A stretch of DNA of 64,000 nt. Origin: a virus (taxonomy: Duplodnaviria > Heunggongvirae > Uroviricota > Caudoviricetes). Each line of letters opens with the position of its first letter. Within the stretch, counting starts at the first letter, position 1. The position numbers and the translations under genes are program-made. The notes under the pieces were generated by a model, which made no database searches, was not told where the DNA came from, and worked only from the letters and a program-made list of their open reading frames with translations. Location: positions 3,759 to 67,758 of the IMG/VR virus record IMGVR_UViG_3300018481_000018; one strand, written 5' to 3'. Shown in pieces: positions 54,458 through 63,084 of the stretch.

Positions 54458-55047
54458 AGATCCGAGTCGCGGTAGTTGACGACCGCGCGGGCGCTCTTGA
54501 GCTGAAGTGCGAGCTGTTCGACCTCGTTCACCACGTACTCGAGGTCCCGGTAGGTCGCCGACGGCTCGTTGATGAACGAGATCATCCCGGGCGTCAGGTC
54601 CATGTAGTGGGCGCAGTCGAATCCGAGCCACCACACCTCGTCCGGCCGGCCTGGTGCCGGAACGTGACAGATCTTGTCGTCACCCTCGTCGGGGTCGCAG
54701 AAGCTGGCGAACGTGAGTCCGCCATGCACCTCGACGTCGGCCTTCTCGTAGTCCTTCCCGTGTAGCGAGTGGCCCGGCGGGAGTCCCACGTAGCCGCACC
54801 ACGAGCCCATGTGGTTGCGCAGGACCAGGCAGTCGAAGTCGGTCACGGGGTCGACCCACTGCACCTTGTCCGGCTCACCGTCCCAGGGGCCCGAGTCCGG
54901 TACCGGCGCGTGCTGGAAGGTGGAGGACGGCGCTCGCCGCATCTTGCGCCGCATGTCGAGCGCCTTCTCGAGTCGGCCGAACTCCCAGGTTTGGAAGTTC
55001 AGGGCACTGCTGAGCCTCTCGAGCGTGGCTTCACTGGTGGCGTTCAT
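54454..55047 (-). CDS. Conserved phage protein (WCGYVGLP..VHGGLTF..GFDCAH family)
   Basis: Recognisable conserved phage motif set. Confidence 0.7.
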   Translation of the reverse strand: MNATSEATLERLSSALNFQTWEFGRLEKALDMRRKMRRAPSSTFQHAPVPDSGPWDGEPDKVQWVDPVTDFDCLVLRNHMGSWCGYVGLPPGHSLHGKDYEKADVEVHGGLTFASFCDPDEGDDKICHVPAPGRPDEVWWLGFDCAHYMDLTPGMISFINEPSATYRDLEYVVNEVEQLALQLKSARAVVNYRDSDL

Positions 55048-55048
55048 G

Positions 55049-55666
55049 TCACTCCTTCACGTACTTGGTCAGTCGCACAACCTCTTGGAAGGCGACGAGA
55101 GCGGTGAGCTCGATGGGTGGGTTCGCGTACTCGATGTACACCCCTCGGAGATCCTGCGCCTTGCCCGTCTCCGGGTCGAGGTGCACGGCTTGACCGTAGA
55201 CACCCCAGGGCTCGTAGTCGAGCACTTTCAAGATGATGGTCGGCTCGCTCTTCAGATGCGGGCATACCGAGAGGGCCAGCGGGATGCACGACTCGCAGGT
55301 GGGGGCCGACATCGTGATGGCCGTGCCGTCTTCCTGGGGAGTGAGTGCCTTCTCGTTCATCAGCCACCGAATCGGACGCTCGTTGATTTTCGTGCCACAG
55401 ACTTGGCACAGTCGCTTCCGCATGGCCGCGCGCTGGCGGTAGGTGTTGATCTGGGAGTACTGCGGGCTGCCGGCACGGGTGATGCCCTCGCGCTTCCAGA
55501 GCACGCCGTTGGCTTCGCGGTTCTCGTTGCCGTCGGGGTAGTGGAGTCGTACGCCGGTGCGCTCGATGGTCATCTGGTACTTGTCGAAGCTGACCTCGCC
55601 ACTCCATCGCGTGATCCATGGGACGGGGCGGTCTTTGTGCTGATGCAGGGTGTTGGGGTCGGTCAC
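55049..55666 (-). CDS. Conserved hypothetical Zn-binding protein (PVPWIT..CQVCG..CPHL)
   Basis: GTGA overlap; Cys motifs. Confidence 0.65.
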   Translation of the reverse strand: MTDPNTLHQHKDRPVPWITRWSGEVSFDKYQMTIERTGVRLHYPDGNENREANGVLWKREGITRAGSPQYSQINTYRQRAAMRKRLCQVCGTKINERPIRWLMNEKALTPQEDGTAITMSAPTCESCIPLALSVCPHLKSEPTIILKVLDYEPWGVYGQAVHLDPETGKAQDLRGVYIEYANPPIELTALVAFQEVVRLTKYVKE

Positions 55667-56664
55667 GGCAGCGTCCCTCCCAGGAGCTTGTGGATGAGTG
55701 GGTTCACTACCGCGTCGTGAGACTCTTTGATCTTGTGGTCGTTGACGCGGGCGTAGGCCAGGGTCTGGGCCCGTTGGGTGTGACCCATCATCTTCATGAT
55801 CTGCTCCACGGGCACGTCGTTGTCGAGCATCGTGGTGCCGAAGGAGTCGCGCAGTCGGTGCGGGTTGATGCGCAGTCCCGCACGCTGCCCCAGGTCCGAG
55901 ATGATCTTGCGGATCGAATGCGCGGTCAGTGGTCCACCCTGGGCGTCGATGAACAGGGCGTCCTCGCCAAGCTTGGCGTGAGTTGCCCGCACGCGCAGGT
56001 AGCGTTGGACCACGGTCTTGAGCTCTTCGCCGAACGGCAGCACCTTGGTGTCGTTGGCACTGCCGGCGCGGCTCTTGTTCCGTACCGTCACGTAGTCCAG
56101 GCGGAGGTCCACTCCCACCACGGTCAAGCTCTGGAGCTCGTTCAGGCGCAGGCCCCAGGCGTAGAGCAGGATCAGGATGGCCTCACGACGGTGGTAGTAG
56201 AACGGGCTGATCGAGAACGCCTGCTTTCGATGGGTGTCGAAAAGCAGGGCGATCTCGTCGTCCTCGAGCGGCTTGGGCTTCTTGTCGACTCGACCCACTC
56301 GGATTCGAACCCAGGGGCTCTGGTCGATGTGCTCGCACTCCTCAAGCCAGCCCACCCAGTTGCGGATGTACTTCATCAGCTGCTGGCGGTAGGAGAGCGA
56401 GAGCGGCTCGCCGTCCTGCTTGGTGAGCCTCGTCAGGTGCGCCTGGAAGCGCAGGATGTGGGCCCGCTCGATCTCGTTGGGGTGCTTGACCCCCTCGCCG
56501 GCCAAGAAGGTGGCGAAGTGCGCCAGGCCCACGCGAGCGGGCTTGATGTAGCCGTCAGTGACCTCCTCGGCGGCCAGATTGTCCAGCCATTCCTGCATGT
56601 GGGGCAGCGGGTGCCAGGGCAGCGGGGCGGGGCTCTTGCCGCCGAAGAGCGGCTTGGTGGCCAT
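55663..56664 (-). CDS. Tyrosine recombinase, XerC/XerD-like with SAM-like N-terminal domain, 333 aa
   Basis: YAWGLRLNEL (R), PHRLRDSF (HxLR), MGH and TLAYA (Y) catalytic motifs. Confidence 0.85.
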   Translation of the reverse strand: MATKPLFGGKSPAPLPWHPLPHMQEWLDNLAAEEVTDGYIKPARVGLAHFATFLAGEGVKHPNEIERAHILRFQAHLTRLTKQDGEPLSLSYRQQLMKYIRNWVGWLEECEHIDQSPWVRIRVGRVDKKPKPLEDDEIALLFDTHRKQAFSISPFYYHRREAILILLYAWGLRLNELQSLTVVGVDLRLDYVTVRNKSRAGSANDTKVLPFGEELKTVVQRYLRVRATHAKLGEDALFIDAQGGPLTAHSIRKIISDLGQRAGLRINPHRLRDSFGTTMLDNDVPVEQIMKMMGHTQRAQTLAYARVNDHKIKESHDAVVNPLIHKLLGGTLP

Positions 56665-56891
56665 CAGGCCGGCCGCTCTTCGTTCTCCGTGTGTTCCTCA
56701 ACCCACGGCTTGACCAGGAACGCCACGACTTCGAACCGGTCGTCGGCGGACTCCCGCTTCTCGTAGTACTCCATCAGGCACAGGCCGTGGAATACGGCGC
56801 TCTTGCAGTCCTCGTGTCCGCATGGGGCGTCGAACACCGGAGAGTGTTCGATGACTTCGCGGCAGCCGAAGCAGATGGGTCGGTCCTGCAT
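56664..56891 (-). CDS. RING/PHD-like Zn-finger protein, 75 aa
   Basis: CFGC..PCGHEDC..FHGLC; TGATG coupling at both ends. Confidence 0.6.
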   Translation of the reverse strand: MQDRPICFGCREVIEHSPVFDAPCGHEDCKSAVFHGLCLMEYYEKRESADDRFEVVAFLVKPWVEEHTENEERPA

Positions 56892-57424
56892 CACGCTCTC
56901 CTTGCTCGTAGTAGTTCTTCCAGTTCCATTCGGGCCGACTGGTCGCCCTGCATGGCGCGCTTCCAAAGGGGCCCGATCTCCGGGTCCTCGAGCATGCGCA
57001 TCGCCTCTTCTTCGACGCCTTCTCCGTACTCCGGGTGGCCGCCGATCTCGAAGGATTCCATCAGGAGCCGCATGAGGTCCTCGTACTCCAAGGTGTCGCT
57101 GGTCTCGCACCCGTGGGGGCAAGCCATCTCACCCGTTCCGACTCCCCAGGCGCGGCAGATCAGTGGCCGGGCCTCGTAGACCGAGCAGCCCACGCCGCCG
57201 TCCCGAGTGCCGAACTTGAGGGCTGGGCAGTACAGTTTCTCGCCGGCCGCCCAGGCCGCTGCGCGTTCGGGGTCGAACAAGGGGATGTCCACTCCCAGGT
57301 CGGTGATGCGCTCGCGTTCGGCGGTGCTCATGTCGATCGGGCCGCACGAGTTCCAGCACAGACCCTTGCAGGCTACGGTCGGAAGCTTGTCGTACAGCGC
57401 TTTCAGACGTTCGTTCGTATTCAC
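56891..57424 (-). CDS. YkgJ/FliB-like cysteine-cluster (CxxxCxxxC) protein
   Basis: ACKGLCWNSCG..CPAL..CSVYEARPLICRAWG. Confidence 0.75.
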   Translation of the reverse strand: MNTNERLKALYDKLPTVACKGLCWNSCGPIDMSTAERERITDLGVDIPLFDPERAAAWAAGEKLYCPALKFGTRDGGVGCSVYEARPLICRAWGVGTGEMACPHGCETSDTLEYEDLMRLLMESFEIGGHPEYGEGVEEEAMRMLEDPEIGPLWKRAMQGDQSARMELEELLRARRA

Positions 57425-57684
57425 TTGGGGTCGAGTTTCTCTGAGATCTCCTGGAGTACTTTCGTCTGCTCCTGAATGGCGCTGGCCACGTAAGACATGT
57501 TCGTGGCGAGGTGCGTCAACTGGGGGAGGTACTGGATGATCTGCTGTTCGGTGTCGCTCCGCATCGCCAGCAGGTTGTTCTGGCTCTCGAGGGTGGCCTG
57601 GAGCAGGCTGACCTGCTGTTCGAGCTTGGCGTTCTGCTCGGCCAGGTGGGCGTTGACTCCCTCGGTTACGGCATCGCTCACCAT
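57421..57684 (-). CDS. Coiled-coil hypothetical protein
   Basis: Heptad-rich 87-aa ORF with overlaps at both ends. Confidence 0.55.
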   Translation of the reverse strand: MVSDAVTEGVNAHLAEQNAKLEQQVSLLQATLESQNNLLAMRSDTEQQIIQYLPQLTHLATNMSYVASAIQEQTKVLQEISEKLDPK

Positions 57685-58130
57685 TCGACTTCCTTCCGGG
57701 CTGCGGCGCGGATGGACTCCTGCGCCGCGATCATTTCTGCGTCGCTCGGGGTCAGGGTTGCTACATACTCATCAACCTCTGCCAGGAACTCGTTGAACGT
57801 GGGCTCATGGCCGTACCAGTTGAGCTTGTGATCATCGGTGGCGAGCCAGTCCAGGGCGGCGGTGAGGTGAGGGAACCAGCGGATCCCGTTGTAGAGGCTG
57901 TCGCGCAGTTCGATCGCCTCGGCCAGTGAGGTCGCGGCCTTGGCAGCGTCGCAGCCGGAGCAGGAGCCCCAGCCGTACGTCATGTACCCGTAGTCCGCGC
58001 CCTTGCGGACGAGCAAGAACGAGTCGCCCTGGTAGTCGTTTTGCTCCGTCTCCACCAGGACGTCGACCTCCATGGTGTTGATCAGATCGCCGTAGTTCGT
58101 GCCCCAGTTGTCGAACTTCGGGTTGCGCAT
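57678..58130 (-). CDS. Conserved phage protein (DYQGD..YGWGSCSGCD family)
   Basis: SD GAGAGGAGG; recognisable motif. Confidence 0.7.
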   Translation of the reverse strand: MRNPKFDNWGTNYGDLINTMEVDVLVETEQNDYQGDSFLLVRKGADYGYMTYGWGSCSGCDAAKAATSLAEAIELRDSLYNGIRWFPHLTAALDWLATDDHKLNWYGHEPTFNEFLAEVDEYVATLTPSDAEMIAAQESIRAAARKEVEW

Positions 58131-58141
58131 GGTTCCTCCTC

Positions 58142-58450
58142 TCAGTCGCCGATCCAGCCGGCGCGTACCAGCTCTTCGGTCGAGTCGAACGTCTTGAACT
58201 TCACCCCTTCGAGCTGCTCGCCGATCATGCCGGTCTTGAACTCCCAGAGGTTCTTGAAGTAGACGGTCCAGTGGCCGTGGCGGTCTAGGGCCCCAGCCAG
58301 GATCACTCCGACATCTTCGTCGTCCGGGTAGCCCTCGTCACCCCGATTGATGTTCTTGACCGGCAAGAGGGGCCAGCGCGGCCAGCCCGCATCCGTCTCG
58401 ATCATCTGAATCTCGTCGCGAACTTCCTCTTCGCGCATCGTCCAGGTCAT
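58142..58450 (-). CDS. Hypothetical protein (WPRWPLLPVK..GWIGD)
   Basis: SD AGGAAGG; ATGA overlap. Confidence 0.65.
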   Translation of the reverse strand: MTWTMREEEVRDEIQMIETDAGWPRWPLLPVKNINRGDEGYPDDEDVGVILAGALDRHGHWTVYFKNLWEFKTGMIGEQLEGVKFKTFDSTEELVRAGWIGD

Positions 58451-58695
58451 GACCACGCCTTCCTCACGAGGGTGTCGAATCGCCTGCCGCCGGGTTTTCC
58501 CAGGAAGGCGCGGCCCACCGATTCGGCCGCCTCTGCGACGCTCACGAGTCTGCGCGTCCGGGGGCGCTTACCGTCCACCTCGACGAGGAAGCGCGGATCC
58601 CACTCCAGATACCACTTGCCGCTCCGGTCGTAGCGGACCGCCTCGAAGGGGCCGCGCTCGTCATGTCCCTCACCGTGGACCGTGCGGTCGCTCAT
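58447..58695 (-). CDS. Hypothetical protein (EAVRYDRSGKWYLE)
   Basis: ATGA overlaps at both ends. Confidence 0.6.
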   Translation of the reverse strand: MSDRTVHGEGHDERGPFEAVRYDRSGKWYLEWDPRFLVEVDGKRPRTRRLVSVAEAAESVGRAFLGKPGGRRFDTLVRKAWS

Positions 58696-58913
58696 CCGAG
58701 GTCCATGGGGTTCTGATCCTCGCGGTTCATCAGCTCCAACCGGAGGGCTGCGCCGATGGCGTCGAGATCCCACAGCCATCCCTGGAGGCGCTGTTTGGAC
58801 TCCTGCTCGAGGACTGGATACTTCGGCTTCCCTGCTACGGTCATGCCGAGCGTGTAGAGGGTCGCCGAGGCGCTGTCGATGGCGCGTTCGAGGTTCTCCT
58901 GGGGAAGGTTCAT
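58692..58913 (-). CDS. Hypothetical protein, 73 aa
   Basis: SD GGAG; ATGA overlap. Confidence 0.55.
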   Translation of the reverse strand: MNLPQENLERAIDSASATLYTLGMTVAGKPKYPVLEQESKQRLQGWLWDLDAIGAALRLELMNREDQNPMDLG

Positions 58914-59338
58914 GTGTTGTCTCCGATCTTCTGAATGAGCTTGGCGACCCGCTTTCTGGCTGCCGGGCTCGGTTCGTGGTACTCGGCCATCCCGTGATCG
59001 TGGGCCTCCTGCCCGGAGTCGAACAGTGGGACGGGCGTCTCGTAGTCGCAGACCTCCTCGTAGTTCTCCGGGCTGATCCACCCTGAGCTGACGCCGATTC
59101 GCATAGCGGCATTGGTGGCCATGTCGTGGCAGCCCACCCACCCGGCACATAGCCGGCCATCCTGCTGGTGGCAGTAGAAGAAGCCGCGATGCGCGCCGGC
59201 CTCGATCTGCTCCCAGGTATCTAGGTCGTATCTCGGTAGCTTGACGTACTCCGATTCGTCCCAGATGCCTGAAGGCACGTCCCTGCGGTACGGACAAGTG
59301 CCGCAGGGACGTGCCGCTGGGAGGATGCTGTCGCTCAC
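58910..59338 (-). CDS. DUF6283-like Cys-rich protein
   Basis: PCGTCPYRRDVPSGIW..EY.KL..YD..FYCHQ..LCAGWVGCH. Confidence 0.65.
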   Translation of the reverse strand: MSDSILPAARPCGTCPYRRDVPSGIWDESEYVKLPRYDLDTWEQIEAGAHRGFFYCHQQDGRLCAGWVGCHDMATNAAMRIGVSSGWISPENYEEVCDYETPVPLFDSGQEAHDHGMAEYHEPSPAARKRVAKLIQKIGDNT

Positions 59339-59889
59339 GGCAGGTCCTGCTCGAACGTTGAGTCGAAGTTAGCGTCGCCCGGCAGGTTCCCCTCTCGGTC
59401 CGGCCAGAGGATCTGGAGCGCCCGAGCGTCGGGGAACTTCTGAGTGACTCCGTACATCTCGGCCGCCTCGAGGTCCTGGATCTCGCGGAGTCGAACCGGT
59501 AGACCTTCGAGCACCTCGTTCAGCTCGTCGCCCGCCTCAACCGGCGTCTCGCCATCGATGTCGGCGAGCCGGTTGATCATGTACTGCATCGTTTGTGGCG
59601 CGAGCCCTCCGGTCACGAAGAACTCTGGCCTGTCGAAGAACGCGCGACCCACCGAGTAGGCGAAGAGCGTTCCTCCCTCCTCGTCCGGGAAGACGGCGCG
59701 CACCTCGTGACCGAACTCGAGGATCCTGTCGCGTTCGCGCTTGGCCAGGTACAGCATCTTGTCCGGGTGGATCGAGAGGTGCTCGTCGCAGATGTTGCAG
59801 TCGTTGTCGGAGCCGGGCTTCAGTTCGAACGGGTGTCCGATTTCGTGGTCGACCACCCGGGTGGGGTCAGGTCCGCACACGTCGCACAT
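59335..59889 (-). CDS. DUF4262-like protein with N-terminal Cys/His motif
   Basis: ILEFGHEVRAVF..FAYSVG..RPEFFVTG..LQILWPDREG.LP. Confidence 0.65.
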   Translation of the reverse strand: MCDVCGPDPTRVVDHEIGHPFELKPGSDNDCNICDEHLSIHPDKMLYLAKRERDRILEFGHEVRAVFPDEEGGTLFAYSVGRAFFDRPEFFVTGGLAPQTMQYMINRLADIDGETPVEAGDELNEVLEGLPVRLREIQDLEAAEMYGVTQKFPDARALQILWPDREGNLPGDANFDSTFEQDLP

Positions 59890-59890
59890 G

Positions 59891-60208
59891 TCAGCCCTCC
59901 TTGTTCCATGGGGTCGATGGCTGCTTGATCTCGCTGGTGAGCTCGGCCCGCAAGGCTCGCGCCTCCTGCTCGCTGCACGCCTCGTTGAGTACCCGGCCGA
60001 TGAAGCAGTTGGAGCACTCGCGCGGGCCTTCGCCTCCGATCTTGCCGCCGACGACGCGGGGAACGTCGGGAGCATCGTTGCCGCAGGTGCGACAGGTGGT
60101 GACGGGTCCTGGCCAGTCGGTTGGGACGTACTTACTCATCGACTCTCCCTTGTGCTTGTGGGCCTGGTAGAACTCCTCGGTCATGGTGACCTGATACTCA
60201 GGCGACAT
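59891..60208 (-). CDS. Zn-finger hypothetical protein (CRTC..CSNC)
   Basis: Alternative start ATG 60139 also has an SD. Confidence 0.55.
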   Translation of the reverse strand: MSPEYQVTMTEEFYQAHKHKGESMSKYVPTDWPGPVTTCRTCGNDAPDVPRVVGGKIGGEGPRECSNCFIGRVLNEACSEQEARALRAELTSEIKQPSTPWNKEG

Positions 60209-61376
60209 TGGTCGCCCCCTTTCCAGCGGCAATGAACTCCTCGGCTCGTGCGATGCCGAGATCGGTGAGTCGTCTTCCTCGCGGAGTGCGATCCATCAGC
60301 CCACGCTCGACCAGGAAGCCTTCGATGGCCTGGAGGCCAGGCTTGGTCTCGCGCAGGATCTGCTGGATCGCAGCCTCGCCCACGATGTACTCCACTGTCT
60401 CGTCCTTCGTCATTCGAGCGAAGTACTGGCGCATGGCCGTGAGGTAGTGGATGTGGACTCTGGTTAGGCCATCGGGCTCTACCTCCAGGAACTCCAGGAG
60501 CTCTTGGGTGGTGGGGGCTCGTCCGAAGGTGTCGGACATCGCCCGAGCGGCCAGGACCATCTCTTCGAGGATGCGAGGAGTGCCACGGGACGCTCCTGCG
60601 ATGTCGGCTGCCAGTTCGTCGTCGATCAGGTCGCCGGCTTCGTGTCGGTAAGCGAACTGGACGGTGATCTTGGCCAGGTCCGGCCAGGAGTAGGCGCTGA
60701 AGTACGGCTTGTACTTGAACCGGTCGAGCACCGTCTTGGGCAGCTTGCCCGCGTCGGTGGTCGCGCCGATCACTGTGATGTCCGCCAGCGGGATGACCTC
60801 GCCGGTGGGCATGTAGGCCACCTTCTCTTCGAGCACCTTGAGCAGGATCTCTGCTCCGCGCTGGCCGTTGTCAGCCAGCTTGTGGATCTCGTCGATGAAC
60901 AGGATGTCCCGGTTGCCGAGCTTCTGCATGCACTCCACGAGCGTGTTGATGTTGAACGGTGGCACGATCTCGTAGATGTCGACGCCCATCATCTTGGCGA
61001 CGAGCCTGGCCATGGTCGTCTTGCCGACGCCGGGGTAGCCGGACGCCAGCAGGATGTGAGGCAGCGCCTCGTTGCGCACCTTGGCCGAGGTGACGTAGAC
61101 CGAGAGCTGTTGCTTGAGCGGCTCTTGGCCGACGTACTCGTCCCAGTCGGCGGGCATGTCGATCGCGGTGAAGTCCAGCGCTTCGATGGGCCGTGCGTTC
61201 TCCTCCGGGTCTTCGTTGTGAACGTGGACCTCGATGTTCATCTCGGGGTCGCCTCGACCGCCCAGCCCCTGGAGGAGCTGAGCGGTCTGGCGATCCTGAC
61301 CGTGACGAAACAGGGCATACGCGGTGCCCGCGTCGAATGCCCCGAAGTCGTCAGTGAAGTCGTCGTCCTCGTACAT
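60198..61376 (-). CDS. ruvB: RuvB-like Holliday junction branch migration AAA+ ATPase
   Basis: WDEYVGQE, PHILL.GYPGVGKTT, ILFIDEIHKL, IGATT, DRF, SRGTPR, IE.FLV..GL..RTPRGR motifs. Confidence 0.85.
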   Translation of the reverse strand: MYEDDDFTDDFGAFDAGTAYALFRHGQDRQTAQLLQGLGGRGDPEMNIEVHVHNEDPEENARPIEALDFTAIDMPADWDEYVGQEPLKQQLSVYVTSAKVRNEALPHILLASGYPGVGKTTMARLVAKMMGVDIYEIVPPFNINTLVECMQKLGNRDILFIDEIHKLADNGQRGAEILLKVLEEKVAYMPTGEVIPLADITVIGATTDAGKLPKTVLDRFKYKPYFSAYSWPDLAKITVQFAYRHEAGDLIDDELAADIAGASRGTPRILEEMVLAARAMSDTFGRAPTTQELLEFLEVEPDGLTRVHIHYLTAMRQYFARMTKDETVEYIVGEAAIQQILRETKPGLQAIEGFLVERGLMDRTPRGRRLTDLGIARAEEFIAAGKGATNVA

Positions 61377-61445
61377 GCGGCCTCCTAGGGCCTAGATTGC
61401 CTGAAGGGTAGGACATGTGTGCGACCAGTGTCACGCACCTCGCCG

Positions 61446-62003
61446 CTAGTCCCCCAAGATCCTCTCAAACAGCGGGAGCGACTGGCTGGCAGCGCCTTCC
61501 TTGAGCGGGCCCAAGGTGCCGTTGTCGTCCACCATCTGTCCGTGTCGGTGGTAACGGTTACCCTCGTCGCGCTGCTCGGCGTACCACAGCAGGCCGAGGT
61601 GAAGCAGGCCCTCCTTGATGGCCTCGTTCACGGCCTCGTCGTCGCTCACGTCAACCGGCGGCCCATAGCTCGAGCCGACCAGGGTGCGCTGGGCGATGAA
61701 GGTCCAGGTTGCGTCCATGGCCTTGGCCTCGCGGTGCATTCGGTCCACGAACTGGCCGAGGGTCTCGTCGTCGTCGGGGATGAAGATTCGCTGCTTCTCC
61801 TGGTTAGCCACCAGTGCCAGTGGCTGCATGTAGGTCTCGGCAGCGATCCATGCCGTACGGACTGCGCGCAGCTGCTCCTCGACGAACTGGTTGAACGTGT
61901 CGAGCCGGTCGTTGGTACGAGGTACTTCGCTCTTGGCGCTGCTCTCGCGGAGGAAGTCCTCCACACTTGCGTCGTCAAAGATGCCGTCGTACTCATCGGT
62001 CAC
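61446..62003 (-). CDS. Hypothetical protein, 185 aa
   Basis: GTGA overlap at 62000-62003; typical codon bias. Confidence 0.6.
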   Translation of the reverse strand: MTDEYDGIFDDASVEDFLRESSAKSEVPRTNDRLDTFNQFVEEQLRAVRTAWIAAETYMQPLALVANQEKQRIFIPDDDETLGQFVDRMHREAKAMDATWTFIAQRTLVGSSYGPPVDVSDDEAVNEAIKEGLLHLGLLWYAEQRDEGNRYHRHGQMVDDNGTLGPLKEGAASQSLPLFERILGD

Positions 62004-62272
62004 GTAGAGCCCCCGAGGTCGTCGTTGAAGAACGTCCCGTCGTTGCCCATCTTGAGCAACTCCGCTTTCACCTGGTCGTCTGGTACTGGCACGGTCACCC
62101 AGTCGCCCTCGAGACCCACCATCCCACCGTCCCAGGACTCCTGCATGAGGTAGCCCAGCGGGCCGTCGTAGGCGTGGTTGTACTCGCCCCACGTCTCCTC
62201 GCCAGAGAGGGCTGGGTCGTCGGAGCGATGCAGGACGGTGAAGGTGATCGTGGTCTTGCTGACCTCAGTCAT
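62000..62272 (-). CDS. Hypothetical protein, 90 aa
   Basis: SD GAGG; overlap with upstream gene. Confidence 0.6.
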   Translation of the reverse strand: MTEVSKTTITFTVLHRSDDPALSGEETWGEYNHAYDGPLGYLMQESWDGGMVGLEGDWVTVPVPDDQVKAELLKMGNDGTFFNDDLGGST

Positions 62273-62588
62273 CGTCCGCCTCGCTGAGTTGGTTCAGCAG
62301 ATCCTCGCCGGGGTGGTACTGGTACACGTCTTGGTACAGCCCCAGCCGAGGGTTGGCGGCGATGTGCGCGTCGGCGTTTGCCTCGTCGCTGTCGAACAGC
62401 GGCTTGCTGGAGACGATCTGAGCCTCGAGGGCGGGGTCGTTGCAGCACTCCACCGCGTCGTACGCCTGGTCGAGGTCGTCTTCGTTCTCGAACTTGAGGT
62501 CGAGGTAGTCCAGCTCCGTCTCCGAGCCGCAGGTCAGGCAGTGCACGTGAGTGGACATGGCCCACAATTGGTCCTCGGTGTACTTCAC
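62265..62588 (-). CDS. Cys-containing hypothetical protein (HCLTCG..ECC)
   Basis: GTGA overlap at 62585-62588. Confidence 0.55.
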   Translation of the reverse strand: MKYTEDQLWAMSTHVHCLTCGSETELDYLDLKFENEDDLDQAYDAVECCNDPALEAQIVSSKPLFDSDEANADAHIAANPRLGLYQDVYQYHPGEDLLNQLSEADDD

Positions 62589-62818
62589 GGCTTGTCCTTC
62601 CGGTGCTCGGTCTTCTTGGCCCTGCGCTTGGGCCACTTGCCGGTCTCCCGGAACTTGGCCACGTCCGCCTCGAGCTCCTCATGGAAGAGGCGCTTGCGCT
62701 CCTCATCCAGGGCGATCAGGTCGCTGAGCCACTCGTCCTGCTTGATCCGTTCCATGTGCAGGGCGTGGCCGGGGGCGCACAGCTCTTCGACGCTGCGCTC
62801 TGGGTGTTGGTAGGTCAT
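62585..62818 (-). CDS. Hypothetical protein, 77 aa
   Basis: SD AAGGAGAG. Confidence 0.6.
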   Translation of the reverse strand: MTYQHPERSVEELCAPGHALHMERIKQDEWLSDLIALDEERKRLFHEELEADVAKFRETGKWPKRRAKKTEHRKDKP

Positions 62819-62859
62819 GACTCTCCTTGTTGGCCTCTAGGGCCTCAGTGTGCGTGCGG

Positions 62860-63084
62860 TTAGTCAGGCGGGGGAAGGGTAACGCGTTGAGCGCGCGATG
62901 CCTCGACTTCCCGCCTGGCCTGTTCTTTCAGGGTGCGGTGCATCCACAACATGATGGGAGTGTCGCCAGCGGCCTCCTCGAACATCGAGGCTTCCTCGCC
63001 CGAGAACTTCATGCGCAACTTGACGTTGCCATGGTCATCTCGGGCGAGGAAATGCGTGCTATGCCGCCGGCGACTCTCAGGCAC
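62860..63084 (-). CDS. Possible ribbon-helix-helix DNA-binding protein
   Basis: VKLRMKFSGEEASMFEEAAG..IMLWMHRTLKE beta-alpha-alpha pattern. Confidence 0.45.
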   Translation of the reverse strand: MPESRRRHSTHFLARDDHGNVKLRMKFSGEEASMFEEAAGDTPIMLWMHRTLKEQARREVEASRAQRVTLPPPD

